Origin: Promethearchaeota archaeon | Lineage (GTDB): Archaea; Asgardarchaeota; Lokiarchaeia; Sigyniarchaeales; SOKP01 | NCBI GenBank assembly: GCA_048941285.1 | Contig: JBHLNS010000002.1 | Span: 1 to 64,000 of the forward strand | Reading direction: 5' to 3' | Length of the DNA: 64,000 bases | In this document: positions 38,378 through 47,916 of the stretch, one piece after another | Layout: each line of letters opens with the position of its first letter | Position numbering within the stretch: position 1 is the first letter of the stretch | The notes under the pieces: generated by a model | Seen by the model: only the letters and a program-made list of their open reading frames with translations | The model's database searches: none | Told to the model about the DNA's origin: nothing | Made by a program: the position numbers and the translations under genes

Positions 38378-39355
38378 TTGAATGAAACTACAAAATATTG
38401 GGGATTAACCTTGTCTCAAGATAATGAATTTGATCTAATAATTATTGGTGGTGGTCCCGCAGGATTAACAGCAGCAATTTATGGAGGAAGAATGGGTTTG
38501 AAGACTGCTCTGTATGAAGGTAAAGGGTTTGGAGGTTTAGCAGGGACAACACCCAAAATTGAAAATTATCCTGGATATATGAGTATTAATGGTCTGGAAT
38601 TAACTGAAAAAATGAGGGAGCAAGCTGAAAAATGGGGAACTACCTTCTTCTTTAATGAAGTTTCTATGATCAACCCAAAGAGTATGACCATAACATCTTA
38701 TGAAGGAGAAGTGAAAGCTAAAGCAATTATAATTGCTACTGGATCAAAACATATGACACTTGGATTGTCAAATGAGTTTCAATTAGTGGGAAATGGTATA
38801 TCTTATTGTGCCACTTGTGATGGCCCTTTATTTCGAGATCAAGTAGTAGCTACGGTTGGTGGTGGTAATGCTGCAGGGTTAGAAGTAATTTATCTTTCCG
38901 GGGTCGCAAAAAAAGTTTATCTTATTCATCGACGTCACTGTATGCGTGCAGAAGCGTGTATCGTAGATGAAGTTGAATCATTACCCAATGTTGTGCCAAT
39001 GTATAATTGTACTATTGAAGAAGCAATAACAAAAGATGGCAAGTTGGGAGAATTAAAAATCAAAAATCTTGAAACTGGTGAAAGTTCTAATATTAATGTA
39101 AATGCACTCTTTATAGCAATAGGCGTTAAACCACAAAGTGATTTAGCGAAAAAAGCAGGGATAGAACTCGACAAAGATAAATTTATTAAAGTTAACAGAA
39201 ATCAAGAAACTAATTTTTCAGGGATATATGCAGCAGGAGACGTAACAGGTGGAATACGACAAGTAACAACTGCAGTAGGCGAAGGAACAACTGCTAGTAT
39301 GAATGCTTATCTTTTTATCAAAAAAGGATGGTACGGAGAAGGATTAACTAAATGA
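38378..39355 (+). CDS. trxB: Thioredoxin-disulfide reductase
   Basis: GGGPAGLTAA, ISYCATCDG, GGGNAA, IHRR, GIYAAGDVTG. True start may be TTG at 38411. Confidence 0.93.
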   Translation: MNETTKYWGLTLSQDNEFDLIIIGGGPAGLTAAIYGGRMGLKTALYEGKGFGGLAGTTPKIENYPGYMSINGLELTEKMREQAEKWGTTFFFNEVSMINPKSMTITSYEGEVKAKAIIIATGSKHMTLGLSNEFQLVGNGISYCATCDGPLFRDQVVATVGGGNAAGLEVIYLSGVAKKVYLIHRRHCMRAEACIVDEVESLPNVVPMYNCTIEEAITKDGKLGELKIKNLETGESSNINVNALFIAIGVKPQSDLAKKAGIELDKDKFIKVNRNQETNFSGIYAAGDVTGGIRQVTTAVGEGTTASMNAYLFIKKGWYGEGLTK

Positions 39356-39423
39356 AATCTTTTTAAAATATATACCTAGATATCACACAATAATTTGTAT
39401 TATCTTGATAATTTCCATATAAT

Positions 39424-40347
39424 ATGGAAAATTACAAAATTTCTGATTTTTTGGAAGATTTCTTAGTCGCAAAAGAGGTTGAAGAAGGTTGCTCGTCATC
39501 TACAATTAAAGCTTACCGTTATGATCTTTATAAATTCATTGAACTTGTAGGAGATCTCCAAATTAATTCTCCTTTAATTCGTCAAAAAATTCGACTTTTC
39601 CTAAAAAAATTAAATGAAATGGACTATACTAAAAAAGGTGTAGGAAGAAAAATAGCTTCATTACGGTCTTACTTCAAATTTCTAACCTTAAATGAGTTTA
39701 TTTCAAAAGATCCTATGAGTACTATCAAAACACCGAAAATAAAACTCGAAGAAAGTTTACCAAAATTCTTAAGAATTTCTGATATGGAAAAGATCTTCGA
39801 GAAACTAAAAGATCGACGAGAATTTAACTCAAGAAAGAGTGAACGCTATTATTTAATTGTTCGATTATTATATTCTACTATGGCAAGAGTAAGTGAATTA
39901 TGCAATATAAAAATTAAGGATATAGATTTTGAAAGGGGTTATATTAAACTCCGAGGAAAAGGAAATAAGGAACGGATTGTTCCAGCTGATCATAAGACTT
40001 TAAAAATTTTCGAAGAACATCTCAAAAACAGAATAAGTTATGATACTGAAGATTTTCTGTTAGTTAATACGAGGAACCAACAATTAAGTCCTAGAGTCAT
40101 ACAGACAGATATTAAACTCATTAAAGAAAAATGTGGATTTGCTGATTCTAAAATAATAACTCCCCATGTTTTCAGGCATACTGGAGCAACTCATTTAAGA
40201 CGTTCAGGTATGGATATTAGCGAATTACAAGATATATTAGGACATTCGAGTCCAAACACGACGCGAATTTACGCTAAAAATGACATAACTAAGTTAAAAG
40301 AATCTTATTCTCAGATGCACCCTATCAACAATCTAGATAAATTATAG
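39424..40347 (+). CDS. xerA: Tyrosine recombinase XerA/XerC-D family
   Basis: ARVSEL, GKGNKERIVP, TPHVFRHT, ILGHSSPNTTRIY: full R-K-H-R-H-Y catalytic set. Confidence 0.9.
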   Translation: MENYKISDFLEDFLVAKEVEEGCSSSTIKAYRYDLYKFIELVGDLQINSPLIRQKIRLFLKKLNEMDYTKKGVGRKIASLRSYFKFLTLNEFISKDPMSTIKTPKIKLEESLPKFLRISDMEKIFEKLKDRREFNSRKSERYYLIVRLLYSTMARVSELCNIKIKDIDFERGYIKLRGKGNKERIVPADHKTLKIFEEHLKNRISYDTEDFLLVNTRNQQLSPRVIQTDIKLIKEKCGFADSKIITPHVFRHTGATHLRRSGMDISELQDILGHSSPNTTRIYAKNDITKLKESYSQMHPINNLDKL

Positions 40348-40484
40348 ATATTAACATAGTTTTTTAATTAAAAAATTTTTTATAGAAAAAAGATAATTCG
40401 AGTATAGTATAAGAAAATTTATACTTAGATTGTTCTTTTATTACATATCAATTAAATTATAATTTCAAAATTTATCGATTTGCC

Positions 40485-41678
40485 ATGGACGAGGATGAAT
40501 TCAGAAAACAGTTCATGAAAAAGTCAGTTTTTAGACAAGCTAGTTCCCTAGATTTAAGTTATGTGCCAGATAAGTTATTTTGTCGAGATGAAGCTCTAAA
40601 AACATTAATTTTCAATTATAGGAGGATTATGGAAGAAAAGGAACAACCTTCTATTAATTGTTTGATATTAGGGAAGGGAGGTGTAGGAAAAACTTGTACT
40701 GCGCGTTTTTTTGGAAAAAGTTTTAGAACAATAGCAATTGAAAATGATGTTAAACTATTCCTAGAATATTTTAATTGCATTAATTTTCGTTCCAAAAGTA
40801 AGATTATTAGAGAGCTGCTCGCCAAATATCAGCATGGCAGTGGTAGAGGTTTTTCAGACGATGAAGCATTAAAATTAATTCTCTCACAACTAATTCGAGA
40901 TAACGGTTATATGTTATTAGTCATTGATGAGATTCATCTCTTAAAATCCGATGAAGTTTTAGCATTTCTAGATATTGCAGAGACATTTGGCCATCAAAAT
41001 GCCAAGTTATCGTTGCTTCTAATTTCAAGAAGCAAGGATTGGATGAGTATTGAAACTGAAAGAATATTAAGTAGATTGAACGAGAAAATCGTATTAAAAC
41101 CCTATAATTTTGATGAATCTCTTCAAATTTTAGAATATCGTAGTGACCTTGCATTAAAAGAGAATGTCATAGATGAGGAGTTATTAACAATGATTGCTCA
41201 AATCGTAGTTGATCATAAAAATATGAGGCATGGTATCGAGATTTTACGAAAAAGTGGGTCATATTGCGATAAGGAAGGGATTGATCGCATAAACGCTGAC
41301 ATAATTAGAGAAGCTTCAAATGATGTTTATCCCACTTTTAGAAATGATATTGTAGATCAATTAAAAGACCAAGAATTATTGGCATTATACGGAATTGTGC
41401 GATCATTAATTGATAAAGGAGAACCATTTACTTTAGTTGATGATGCCTTTGAGGAATATAATGCAATATGCGAGAACTATTCAATGGAACCTCATGTTAA
41501 AATGAGTTTTAGAAAATACGTTCGCCAACTTACTCAATTAAAAATAGTAGCCTCTAAAACAGTAAGAATTGAAGATGCTACGCGTGGAAGACATCTAGAA
41601 ATAACTCTGCTAGATATACCAGCAGTAAAACTACTAGAATTATTAGAAAATATTTTTGAAAGAAAATTCAGTAGTTAG
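40485..41678 (+). CDS. cdc6: Cdc6/Orc1 AAA+ replication initiator homolog
   Basis: YVPDKLFCRD, Walker A GKGGVGKT, YFNC, Walker B VIDEIH, C-terminal winged helix. Confidence 0.9.
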   Translation: MDEDEFRKQFMKKSVFRQASSLDLSYVPDKLFCRDEALKTLIFNYRRIMEEKEQPSINCLILGKGGVGKTCTARFFGKSFRTIAIENDVKLFLEYFNCINFRSKSKIIRELLAKYQHGSGRGFSDDEALKLILSQLIRDNGYMLLVIDEIHLLKSDEVLAFLDIAETFGHQNAKLSLLLISRSKDWMSIETERILSRLNEKIVLKPYNFDESLQILEYRSDLALKENVIDEELLTMIAQIVVDHKNMRHGIEILRKSGSYCDKEGIDRINADIIREASNDVYPTFRNDIVDQLKDQELLALYGIVRSLIDKGEPFTLVDDAFEEYNAICENYSMEPHVKMSFRKYVRQLTQLKIVASKTVRIEDATRGRHLEITLLDIPAVKLLELLENIFERKFSS

Positions 41679-41774
41679 TTAAAAATTCTCTACAAATAAA
41701 CAATATGACTCTCTTTTAATTAATTTCTAAATAAATTTCACTTATTATCTAGAATTTCTGTATTTATTCTACTT

Positions 41775-42005
41775 TTAATAATTTTCTTTATCAGATTTAG
41801 AGGAAGAATACCATTCAAGCCATTCTTTTCTACGATTTTTCTTTTGCTGGACACTATCAGTATCTGTAATATTTTCACTCCTTACTTTCTGCCAATATCT
41901 GTCCAACTCATGTCTTGAAAGCGACAATCCACACGATTGACAAACAACTTGCTTTATAGCTGAATGATATTTCATAAATCCTCCGCACTCAGGACAACGA
42001 GCCAT
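41775..42005 (-). CDS. Small zinc-ribbon protein
   Basis: CPECGG...CQSCG, 76 aa. Confidence 0.75.
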   Translation of the reverse strand: MARCPECGGFMKYHSAIKQVVCQSCGLSLSRHELDRYWQKVRSENITDTDSVQQKKNRRKEWLEWYSSSKSDKENY

Positions 42006-42142
42006 CTTTATAATTTATTGTATCAATTATTGTTTATATATTATATTAATAGAATTAATTAGTGTTAAAATATTTTTTGACATAAAATATAAACTCTAAT
42101 TATTTGTATGAAACATATAAACTATTTTTATGGTGTTGAGAA

Positions 42143-43378
42143 ATTAAATCAGATGTATTTTATTTTACTGCTCGAACACACTCTCATGAGCAGAGTATGA
42201 GCAAGTTTAAAGGTTTATTGGGATTGAAGAAACTCGGGTTTGAACAAAAAATTAATAATAGCAATCGAATAGTAATTAAAACTCACTTTGGAGCATTAGA
42301 AAATACCAGATATATCCGTCCGAGTTATATTCGTTTTTTGTGCGATTATGTTAAAGAAATTGGAGGAATTCCATCTGTAGCAGAGTCTTGTGGATGGGGT
42401 ATACCTGAGAATGTTTCAGGGATTCATACAGAATATTCTGGCAGAGCTACTGAAGAAGAATATTTATATGCTGCTTTAGTTCATGGTTTTACAGAAGAAA
42501 CTATGGGTGCTCCAATTCTTATGTTAGATGGAAAAGATGGAACAGACATAGAGGTACAAGAAATTAATGGGAACAAATTTAGTGAAGTATTAGTAGCTGG
42601 ACGTTTAAAAGAGTTTGATTACATGATATTGGCAACTCATTTTAAAGGACATGCAGGTGCGGGTTTTGGTGGTTCGATAAAAAATTTAGGAATTGGATGC
42701 GTATCAAAAGGTGGGAAAGTTGAAGCTCACACTGGCAAAACTTTTGAATTTAATTTTGAGAATTGCAATCCAGAATGTAAGAATTGTGTTAATATATGTC
42801 CTTCAAATGCTTTATCTAAAGATAAAAATAGTAAACTGATTTTTAATAAAGAAAAATGTAAATTATGTTATATGTGTGCTTCTGTATGTAAGGATAAAGT
42901 TATTAATTTAGGGACCGTTTCTCGTGAAGAATTTATCACTCAGATGGTAGACAACGCTAAAGGAGTTGTAGAATATTTTGGAAAAGATAAAATATTTTAT
43001 ATAAATTACGCGATAGATATCACCTATCAATGCGATTGTACAGGGGGTTCAGATGTCCCCTTTGTACCAGATATTGGAGTTTTAGCATCATTAGATCCCG
43101 TCGCATTGGATCAGGCAACTATAGATCTAATCCATAATTCTTCAATTAGTCCTCACTCGGTTCTTTCTGATGTGAATAATATTCCAACTCAAGGACCTTT
43201 TGAATGGCTTTCACATATTCCTCGCTTTAATCCAAAATCAGGTGAGATGGATTTTAATTTAGATGGAAATTCATCAAAACACTGGGAGTTACAATTAGAT
43301 TTAGCTGAAAAAATTGGTTTAGGTTCCAGAGAATATAATTTAATAGAGGTAAAGTCTGAAAAAAAAGATAAAAAGTAA
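42143..43378 (+). CDS. DUF362 domain Fe-S protein with 2x[4Fe-4S] ferredoxin insert
   Basis: VIKTHFG, THFKGHAGAGFGGSIKNLGIGC, CKNCVNICP, CKLCYMCASVC, CDC, ASLDPVALD. Frame is open upstream of ATG 42197 back to ATT 42143. Confidence 0.88.
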   Translation: MKSDVFYFTARTHSHEQSMSKFKGLLGLKKLGFEQKINNSNRIVIKTHFGALENTRYIRPSYIRFLCDYVKEIGGIPSVAESCGWGIPENVSGIHTEYSGRATEEEYLYAALVHGFTEETMGAPILMLDGKDGTDIEVQEINGNKFSEVLVAGRLKEFDYMILATHFKGHAGAGFGGSIKNLGIGCVSKGGKVEAHTGKTFEFNFENCNPECKNCVNICPSNALSKDKNSKLIFNKEKCKLCYMCASVCKDKVINLGTVSREEFITQMVDNAKGVVEYFGKDKIFYINYAIDITYQCDCTGGSDVPFVPDIGVLASLDPVALDQATIDLIHNSSISPHSVLSDVNNIPTQGPFEWLSHIPRFNPKSGEMDFNLDGNSSKHWELQLDLAEKIGLGSREYNLIEVKSEKKDKK

Positions 43379-43419
43379 AATTATTTTATTTAAATATCTC
43401 AAATTACAAAAATCTTTTT

Positions 43420-43896
43420 TTAAAGAAAAGAGTTCCATGCATTTAAAATATCTTCGCCCTTTACTTTAAATTTACTTGAGAGTTTTTTTAGGTTTAAATG
43501 ATTTACAATTCCATCTTCCCAGATATTATTAATACCTTGAACAATTGCCTTTACATAATCTTGGTTTTCAGTATATATATCAATTTTATTCACATGATTA
43601 TCTGTGCTGTATGCAACATATCCTGAAATCTTATCAAGAATTTCAATGTAAACATTTGCCTGTGGTGCTAAATAAAAAAATTTTGCACTTCTTCCACCAG
43701 TAGTAGATTCACTTATAATTGCTGAAGGATCAATGTTTTTAATCCAATCTTCTATGAGATATGCGACATCTGGTTTAATTTTCGAAAATTTGGCTTTAAT
43801 TTTCTTCGGTGAATAATAAAATGTATATTGTGATTTGTTCATCATTCCTATTTTTTTAGCTTGACTTTGAGCTTCTTTACCCATTAGCTTCACCAC
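43420..43896 (-). CDS. Hypothetical protein
   Basis: 158-aa ORF filling the intergenic space; no recognised motif. Confidence 0.7.
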   Translation of the reverse strand: MVKLMGKEAQSQAKKIGMMNKSQYTFYYSPKKIKAKFSKIKPDVAYLIEDWIKNIDPSAIISESTTGGRSAKFFYLAPQANVYIEILDKISGYVAYSTDNHVNKIDIYTENQDYVKAIVQGINNIWEDGIVNHLNLKKLSSKFKVKGEDILNAWNSFL

Positions 43897-43990
43897 TATA
43901 AATATTTAATATTTAAATGTTAGGTAAGAAATAAATGTAAACTTAATTATTTAAATCAATTTAACAATATAGTTAAGAGAGTTCAGTATT

Positions 43991-45334
43991 TCAAGAGGAT
44001 ACTGTTAAATTATTAAAGACCATATATGGAAATAGAGAATTTTCAAAAAACTCTCGTTCTTTCGAAATGTATTGACAATCTCCAAGCATTTTGATAACAT
44101 TACCACTAATATTGCCAAGTTTGATTGGATATTCGATCTTTCCATTCTTAATATAATAACCATTTCTAATTTCTGCTCCAAAAGCTCCTGACAATTTACT
44201 TGGATTTAACCAGGAAAATTGATCAATATAATAGCCTTCATTAATTTCAGAAATAATATCATCCAAATTCATAGTTCCAGGTAATATCTCAAGGTTACTT
44301 ATTCCATTATTTATAATTTCTGTTCTTATATCTCTTATTGCATTTCCGGTTGAACTTTGATTGGAAAATATTGCATATCTCTGATCGTAAATATATTTCT
44401 GGAAAATGCCATTCTTGACAATTTCGGTTCTTTGACGCGGGGAGCCTTCAATATCCCATCCATTGGTTCGTAATCCTCCTTTTAATAACCCATCATCTAT
44501 AATAGAGATTTCTTCAGAAGCTACTTCTTGATCAATTTTAAATCGAGATATTTTTTGAAAAAAAGCTCTTCCTGAAGAATGATTTTCTATTACAGGGTTG
44601 AGTGCTTTATTTAATACTTGCGGAGAAAAAATAACTGTTGCTTTTTCCTTCGGTTTAGGTACTTTCGCGATTAATGAATCTTGAGCTAGTTTTACCCAAT
44701 GTTCTACTCTTTCTGGAAAATTTAATTGATCTTTATCTTTAATAAATAAATAAGGCCAGTATTCTGATAATTTTCCCTCTTTTTGAGATTTCAAAGAGAA
44801 TTCTACAAAAAAATACGTTTTTATATTGCTCAAATTGAGATCATTACTATTTCTTAAAGAGATCTTATCGATATGAACACGAATACGACCGAAAGTAGGC
44901 TGAATTTCTTTATATTGTTGTATCTCTGAAATTAATTCTTCAGCTAGAATATTTTTAGTATTCAAGGGGTCTTGAATTACTTTTTTATCAGCAATAATTG
45001 TATCATGAAAAGAAGCTTGACCAGGAAAATAAAATTTTGAGCCTAAATTACTTTTTGCTATTGAAATGCATATATCTATATTTCTCTCAATTTCTTTTCG
45101 ATCTAAAGAATTCCCTTTTACCAATCCAACACCGGTTTTATCCTCCTTATGAGTCAGTATTCGCAAAAAGTATTTAAAATCATTAATATCTCTTTCAGTA
45201 TCAACCTTATCTTTTAGAAATATTGATTCATATGATTTTCCATCTGTAAGAAAAATCTCATAATCAGTGATATGCTTGTCTTTTATTTCCTTTTCTATAA
45301 TATCTATTTTCTCATTAGACAATTTTTCACTCAC
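43991..45334 (-). CDS. pmbA: PmbA/TldE metalloprotease partner subunit
   Basis: WDIEGSP, GNAIR, SGAFG, GYYIKNGKIEYPIK; no HExxxH; overlaps the tldD stop. Confidence 0.88.
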   Translation of the reverse strand: MSEKLSNEKIDIIEKEIKDKHITDYEIFLTDGKSYESIFLKDKVDTERDINDFKYFLRILTHKEDKTGVGLVKGNSLDRKEIERNIDICISIAKSNLGSKFYFPGQASFHDTIIADKKVIQDPLNTKNILAEELISEIQQYKEIQPTFGRIRVHIDKISLRNSNDLNLSNIKTYFFVEFSLKSQKEGKLSEYWPYLFIKDKDQLNFPERVEHWVKLAQDSLIAKVPKPKEKATVIFSPQVLNKALNPVIENHSSGRAFFQKISRFKIDQEVASEEISIIDDGLLKGGLRTNGWDIEGSPRQRTEIVKNGIFQKYIYDQRYAIFSNQSSTGNAIRDIRTEIINNGISNLEILPGTMNLDDIISEINEGYYIDQFSWLNPSKLSGAFGAEIRNGYYIKNGKIEYPIKLGNISGNVIKMLGDCQYISKEREFFENSLFPYMVFNNLTVSS

Positions 45335-46713
45335 CCTGGACTAATTAAAACTTCATTGATCCTAAGATAACTACCTCCATCACTAACAGGTACCTTATCA
45401 TAATGACCCTTTCCACACACACCACCATGGAATTTTGTAGAGTCTTTACTTATTGCATCGATGTTATTTAGAACATTTAAGACATGTCCACTTAATGCGA
45501 TTGATTTTAAAATTTGTGTTCTTTCACCATTTTTTATTAAATATCCTTTCTTGGATGTAGCTTGTAGCCCACCCCCTAAAGGATCCTCCATTCCGAAAAA
45601 TGAATGATTACACATTACACCTTCTTTAATTTCAGATATAATTTCTTCTAGATCATAATCCCCTGGTTCGAAGTAGGTATTAGACATTCTTGGATGAACT
45701 ACATGAGCGTAACTTTGCCTTCTTCCGTTTCCTTGAGGATCTTTACCAATTACTGAGGCACTTCTTCTGTCATAGATGAAATTTGTTAAAATTCCATTTT
45801 CTACTAAAATATTTTTTCCTGCTTTAATTCCCTCATCATCAAAGAAATAAGATCCTATCTGACCTTCCATATTAGGCGCATCACATATTACACATATGTC
45901 TGAAGCAACTTGTTTATTCAATTTATTCTCAAGATAACTTCTTCCTCTTAAGATTTGATCCGCTTCTAAACCATGACCAAAACTTTCATGTGCAATAATT
46001 CCTGCCATTGATGGATCCACAATTATAGGAAATTTCCCAGATGGAGGATTTTTAGCCTTTAACATATCTAGAGAGTTATTTACAATTTTTTCCAATTTAG
46101 AGTTATTTAAATCATCAAAAATTTCAAAACCTGCTTGGCCTTCAATTACTGAATGATCATAATCAACTGTATTACCTTCTTTAACAATAGGAAAAATAAA
46201 AAATCTCAACCGTGGAATGACTTGTCTTAATTGACTTCCTTCATTATTCACAAAAATACGAGTTATTTCAGATTCTTGATATTTTAATTGACACATTAAA
46301 ATCCGTTCATCATAATTTTGAATAAAGTTGTAAATATCTCTAATTTTCTTTAATTTTTCTTCAATGGGTATATCTCTTGAGTCAATTTTCGGCTTAACTT
46401 CTTTATTCAGAATCCAACCTGCTAATTCCGCAAGTTGTTCACCTTTATTAATTACTTTGGGTATTTTTTCGAGAGCTTTATTAATATTAGAAATATCATC
46501 AAAAGCTACTTCTTTCCAATTTCCATCAAACGTTCTGGCTACAATTCCAGAAGTTTTTACGTTTATTGAAACTATTTCTGTAGAAGGATTTTTTTCAATG
46601 TATGTAACCGATTGTGAATCATATAAAATGTCAAAATATTGGTTTTTTCGGTTAAAAGAATTTGCACTCTCTTCAAAAGCAGAAATAATCTGATCATAAG
46701 AATGATCAATCAT
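45331..46713 (-). CDS. tldD: TldD metalloprotease
   Basis: HESFGHGLEAD, FDDEG, GNGRRQ, PRMSNTY, CGKG. Confidence 0.92.
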   Translation of the reverse strand: MIDHSYDQIISAFEESANSFNRKNQYFDILYDSQSVTYIEKNPSTEIVSINVKTSGIVARTFDGNWKEVAFDDISNINKALEKIPKVINKGEQLAELAGWILNKEVKPKIDSRDIPIEEKLKKIRDIYNFIQNYDERILMCQLKYQESEITRIFVNNEGSQLRQVIPRLRFFIFPIVKEGNTVDYDHSVIEGQAGFEIFDDLNNSKLEKIVNNSLDMLKAKNPPSGKFPIIVDPSMAGIIAHESFGHGLEADQILRGRSYLENKLNKQVASDICVICDAPNMEGQIGSYFFDDEGIKAGKNILVENGILTNFIYDRRSASVIGKDPQGNGRRQSYAHVVHPRMSNTYFEPGDYDLEEIISEIKEGVMCNHSFFGMEDPLGGGLQATSKKGYLIKNGERTQILKSIALSGHVLNVLNNIDAISKDSTKFHGGVCGKGHYDKVPVSDGGSYLRINEVLISPG

Positions 46714-46799
46714 GTGAAGATAAATTTGAGATTAAATAAGATATTTATTTTTTTAGTGGATAATTAACAAATAAGTTTGCAGAAATTTATTTTGAATAT

Positions 46800-47711
46800 T
46801 TAAATTTCTAAATCTAAGGATTGGTGATTTGGATTTGAATTTTTTTCAAGATAACTTATCCTTTTTTCTAAGATAGTCATTGTTTCGATTATGTTATTGA
46901 GAACTTTGTTTGTTTCTCTAATCTCATATTGGAGGTCACCAAGCTGATTAAGAAGGAATGACAATACCTTTGATTCTCTTACAGGTTCTATTAACCAATT
47001 AATAATGTTTTGTAAAAATTTCCGATTATCGAATGTATTTATACCTATTCTTGAATTTGAAGTAAATATATCAATATCTCCGATTGCTACAACTTTCCCT
47101 TGTCCAAATTCTGTATATGAAGCAATAATTTGCTGTTTCTCTTGATCTTTACTCCATTCTTCAGAAGTATTATTATAAATTTCAGACCAAACAGATCTTT
47201 CATTTGATTGCAATAATATTTTTGCTTCTTTATTTAAAAATAAGGAACAAGATCCTCCGATAATAATTTCTCTTAGATTTTTTGTAATTTGATGTTTTAT
47301 AAAATCTTGGATATGTAAAATACTAGTACAATTTTGATTATTACTATTTATCTCTTTAATTATGTTTTTCTCAAAGAAGATACCGAATTTTCCTGAAATG
47401 TCATTTAGATTAGTTTTTTGAAGGTAATCCGCCCCGTATTCACTTAATAACAATAATCCCCCTCCATTTCTTACATAATCAATAATATGTTTAATTTCTA
47501 AACTTGAAAAGAAGTCGTCAATTGGGTTGCCAAGAATTAAGAGGTCAATATTTTCTAAAATTTCTCTTGTGATATGACTGTTTTCATTTTTGATAATTTT
47601 AAGATCTTGTTTTCTAAGGAGATCTAAAAATTCACTAAATTCGTCCTCATCAGTATTCAACATTTCATTATGAGCGAGATCAATTAGGACAGTTTTCTTA
47701 AAAGTAGGCAA
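46800..47711 (-). CDS. GIFT/GldG/DUF4350-like (class I glutamine amidotransferase-like fold) protein with C-terminal coiled coil
   Basis: LIDLAHNE, DLLILGNP, EIKHIIDYVRNGGGLLLLSE, GQGKVVAIGDIDIF, NRKFLQNIINWL. Confidence 0.7.
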   Translation of the reverse strand: MPTFKKTVLIDLAHNEMLNTDEDEFSEFLDLLRKQDLKIIKNENSHITREILENIDLLILGNPIDDFFSSLEIKHIIDYVRNGGGLLLLSEYGADYLQKTNLNDISGKFGIFFEKNIIKEINSNNQNCTSILHIQDFIKHQITKNLREIIIGGSCSLFLNKEAKILLQSNERSVWSEIYNNTSEEWSKDQEKQQIIASYTEFGQGKVVAIGDIDIFTSNSRIGINTFDNRKFLQNIINWLIEPVRESKVLSFLLNQLGDLQYEIRETNKVLNNIIETMTILEKRISYLEKNSNPNHQSLDLEI

Positions 47712-47916
47712 GATTCTTTAGAAGGGAGTGTTTTTGTTTATTTTAGATTTATAAAATAAGTTTATGACTTACAAGAAAATTCGAATATAAAAATCATTAC
47801 CTAACTAATGGATTTCTGTTCTTATCAACCAAAAATTTTTTAAAGTTAATATAATAACTTATTTTGGACTCAAAAAAGATTATAATTATACAAAATTATC
47901 AAAAGGAAAATGACAT

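Noticed and set aside
29724-39355. Selenocysteine (UGA) recoding in the redox genes
   Set aside because: The Fe-S and reductase ORFs are complete without in-frame TGA; the missing cysteines in the TrxR paralog are AGT and TGG, not TGA.
39424-40347. Integrase of a provirus or genomic island
   Set aside because: Xer-like size and motifs, housekeeping neighbours, no att sites or mobile genes seen.
40348-40484. Replication origin beside cdc6
   Set aside because: Short AT-rich spacer with no recognisable ORB repeats or G-string.
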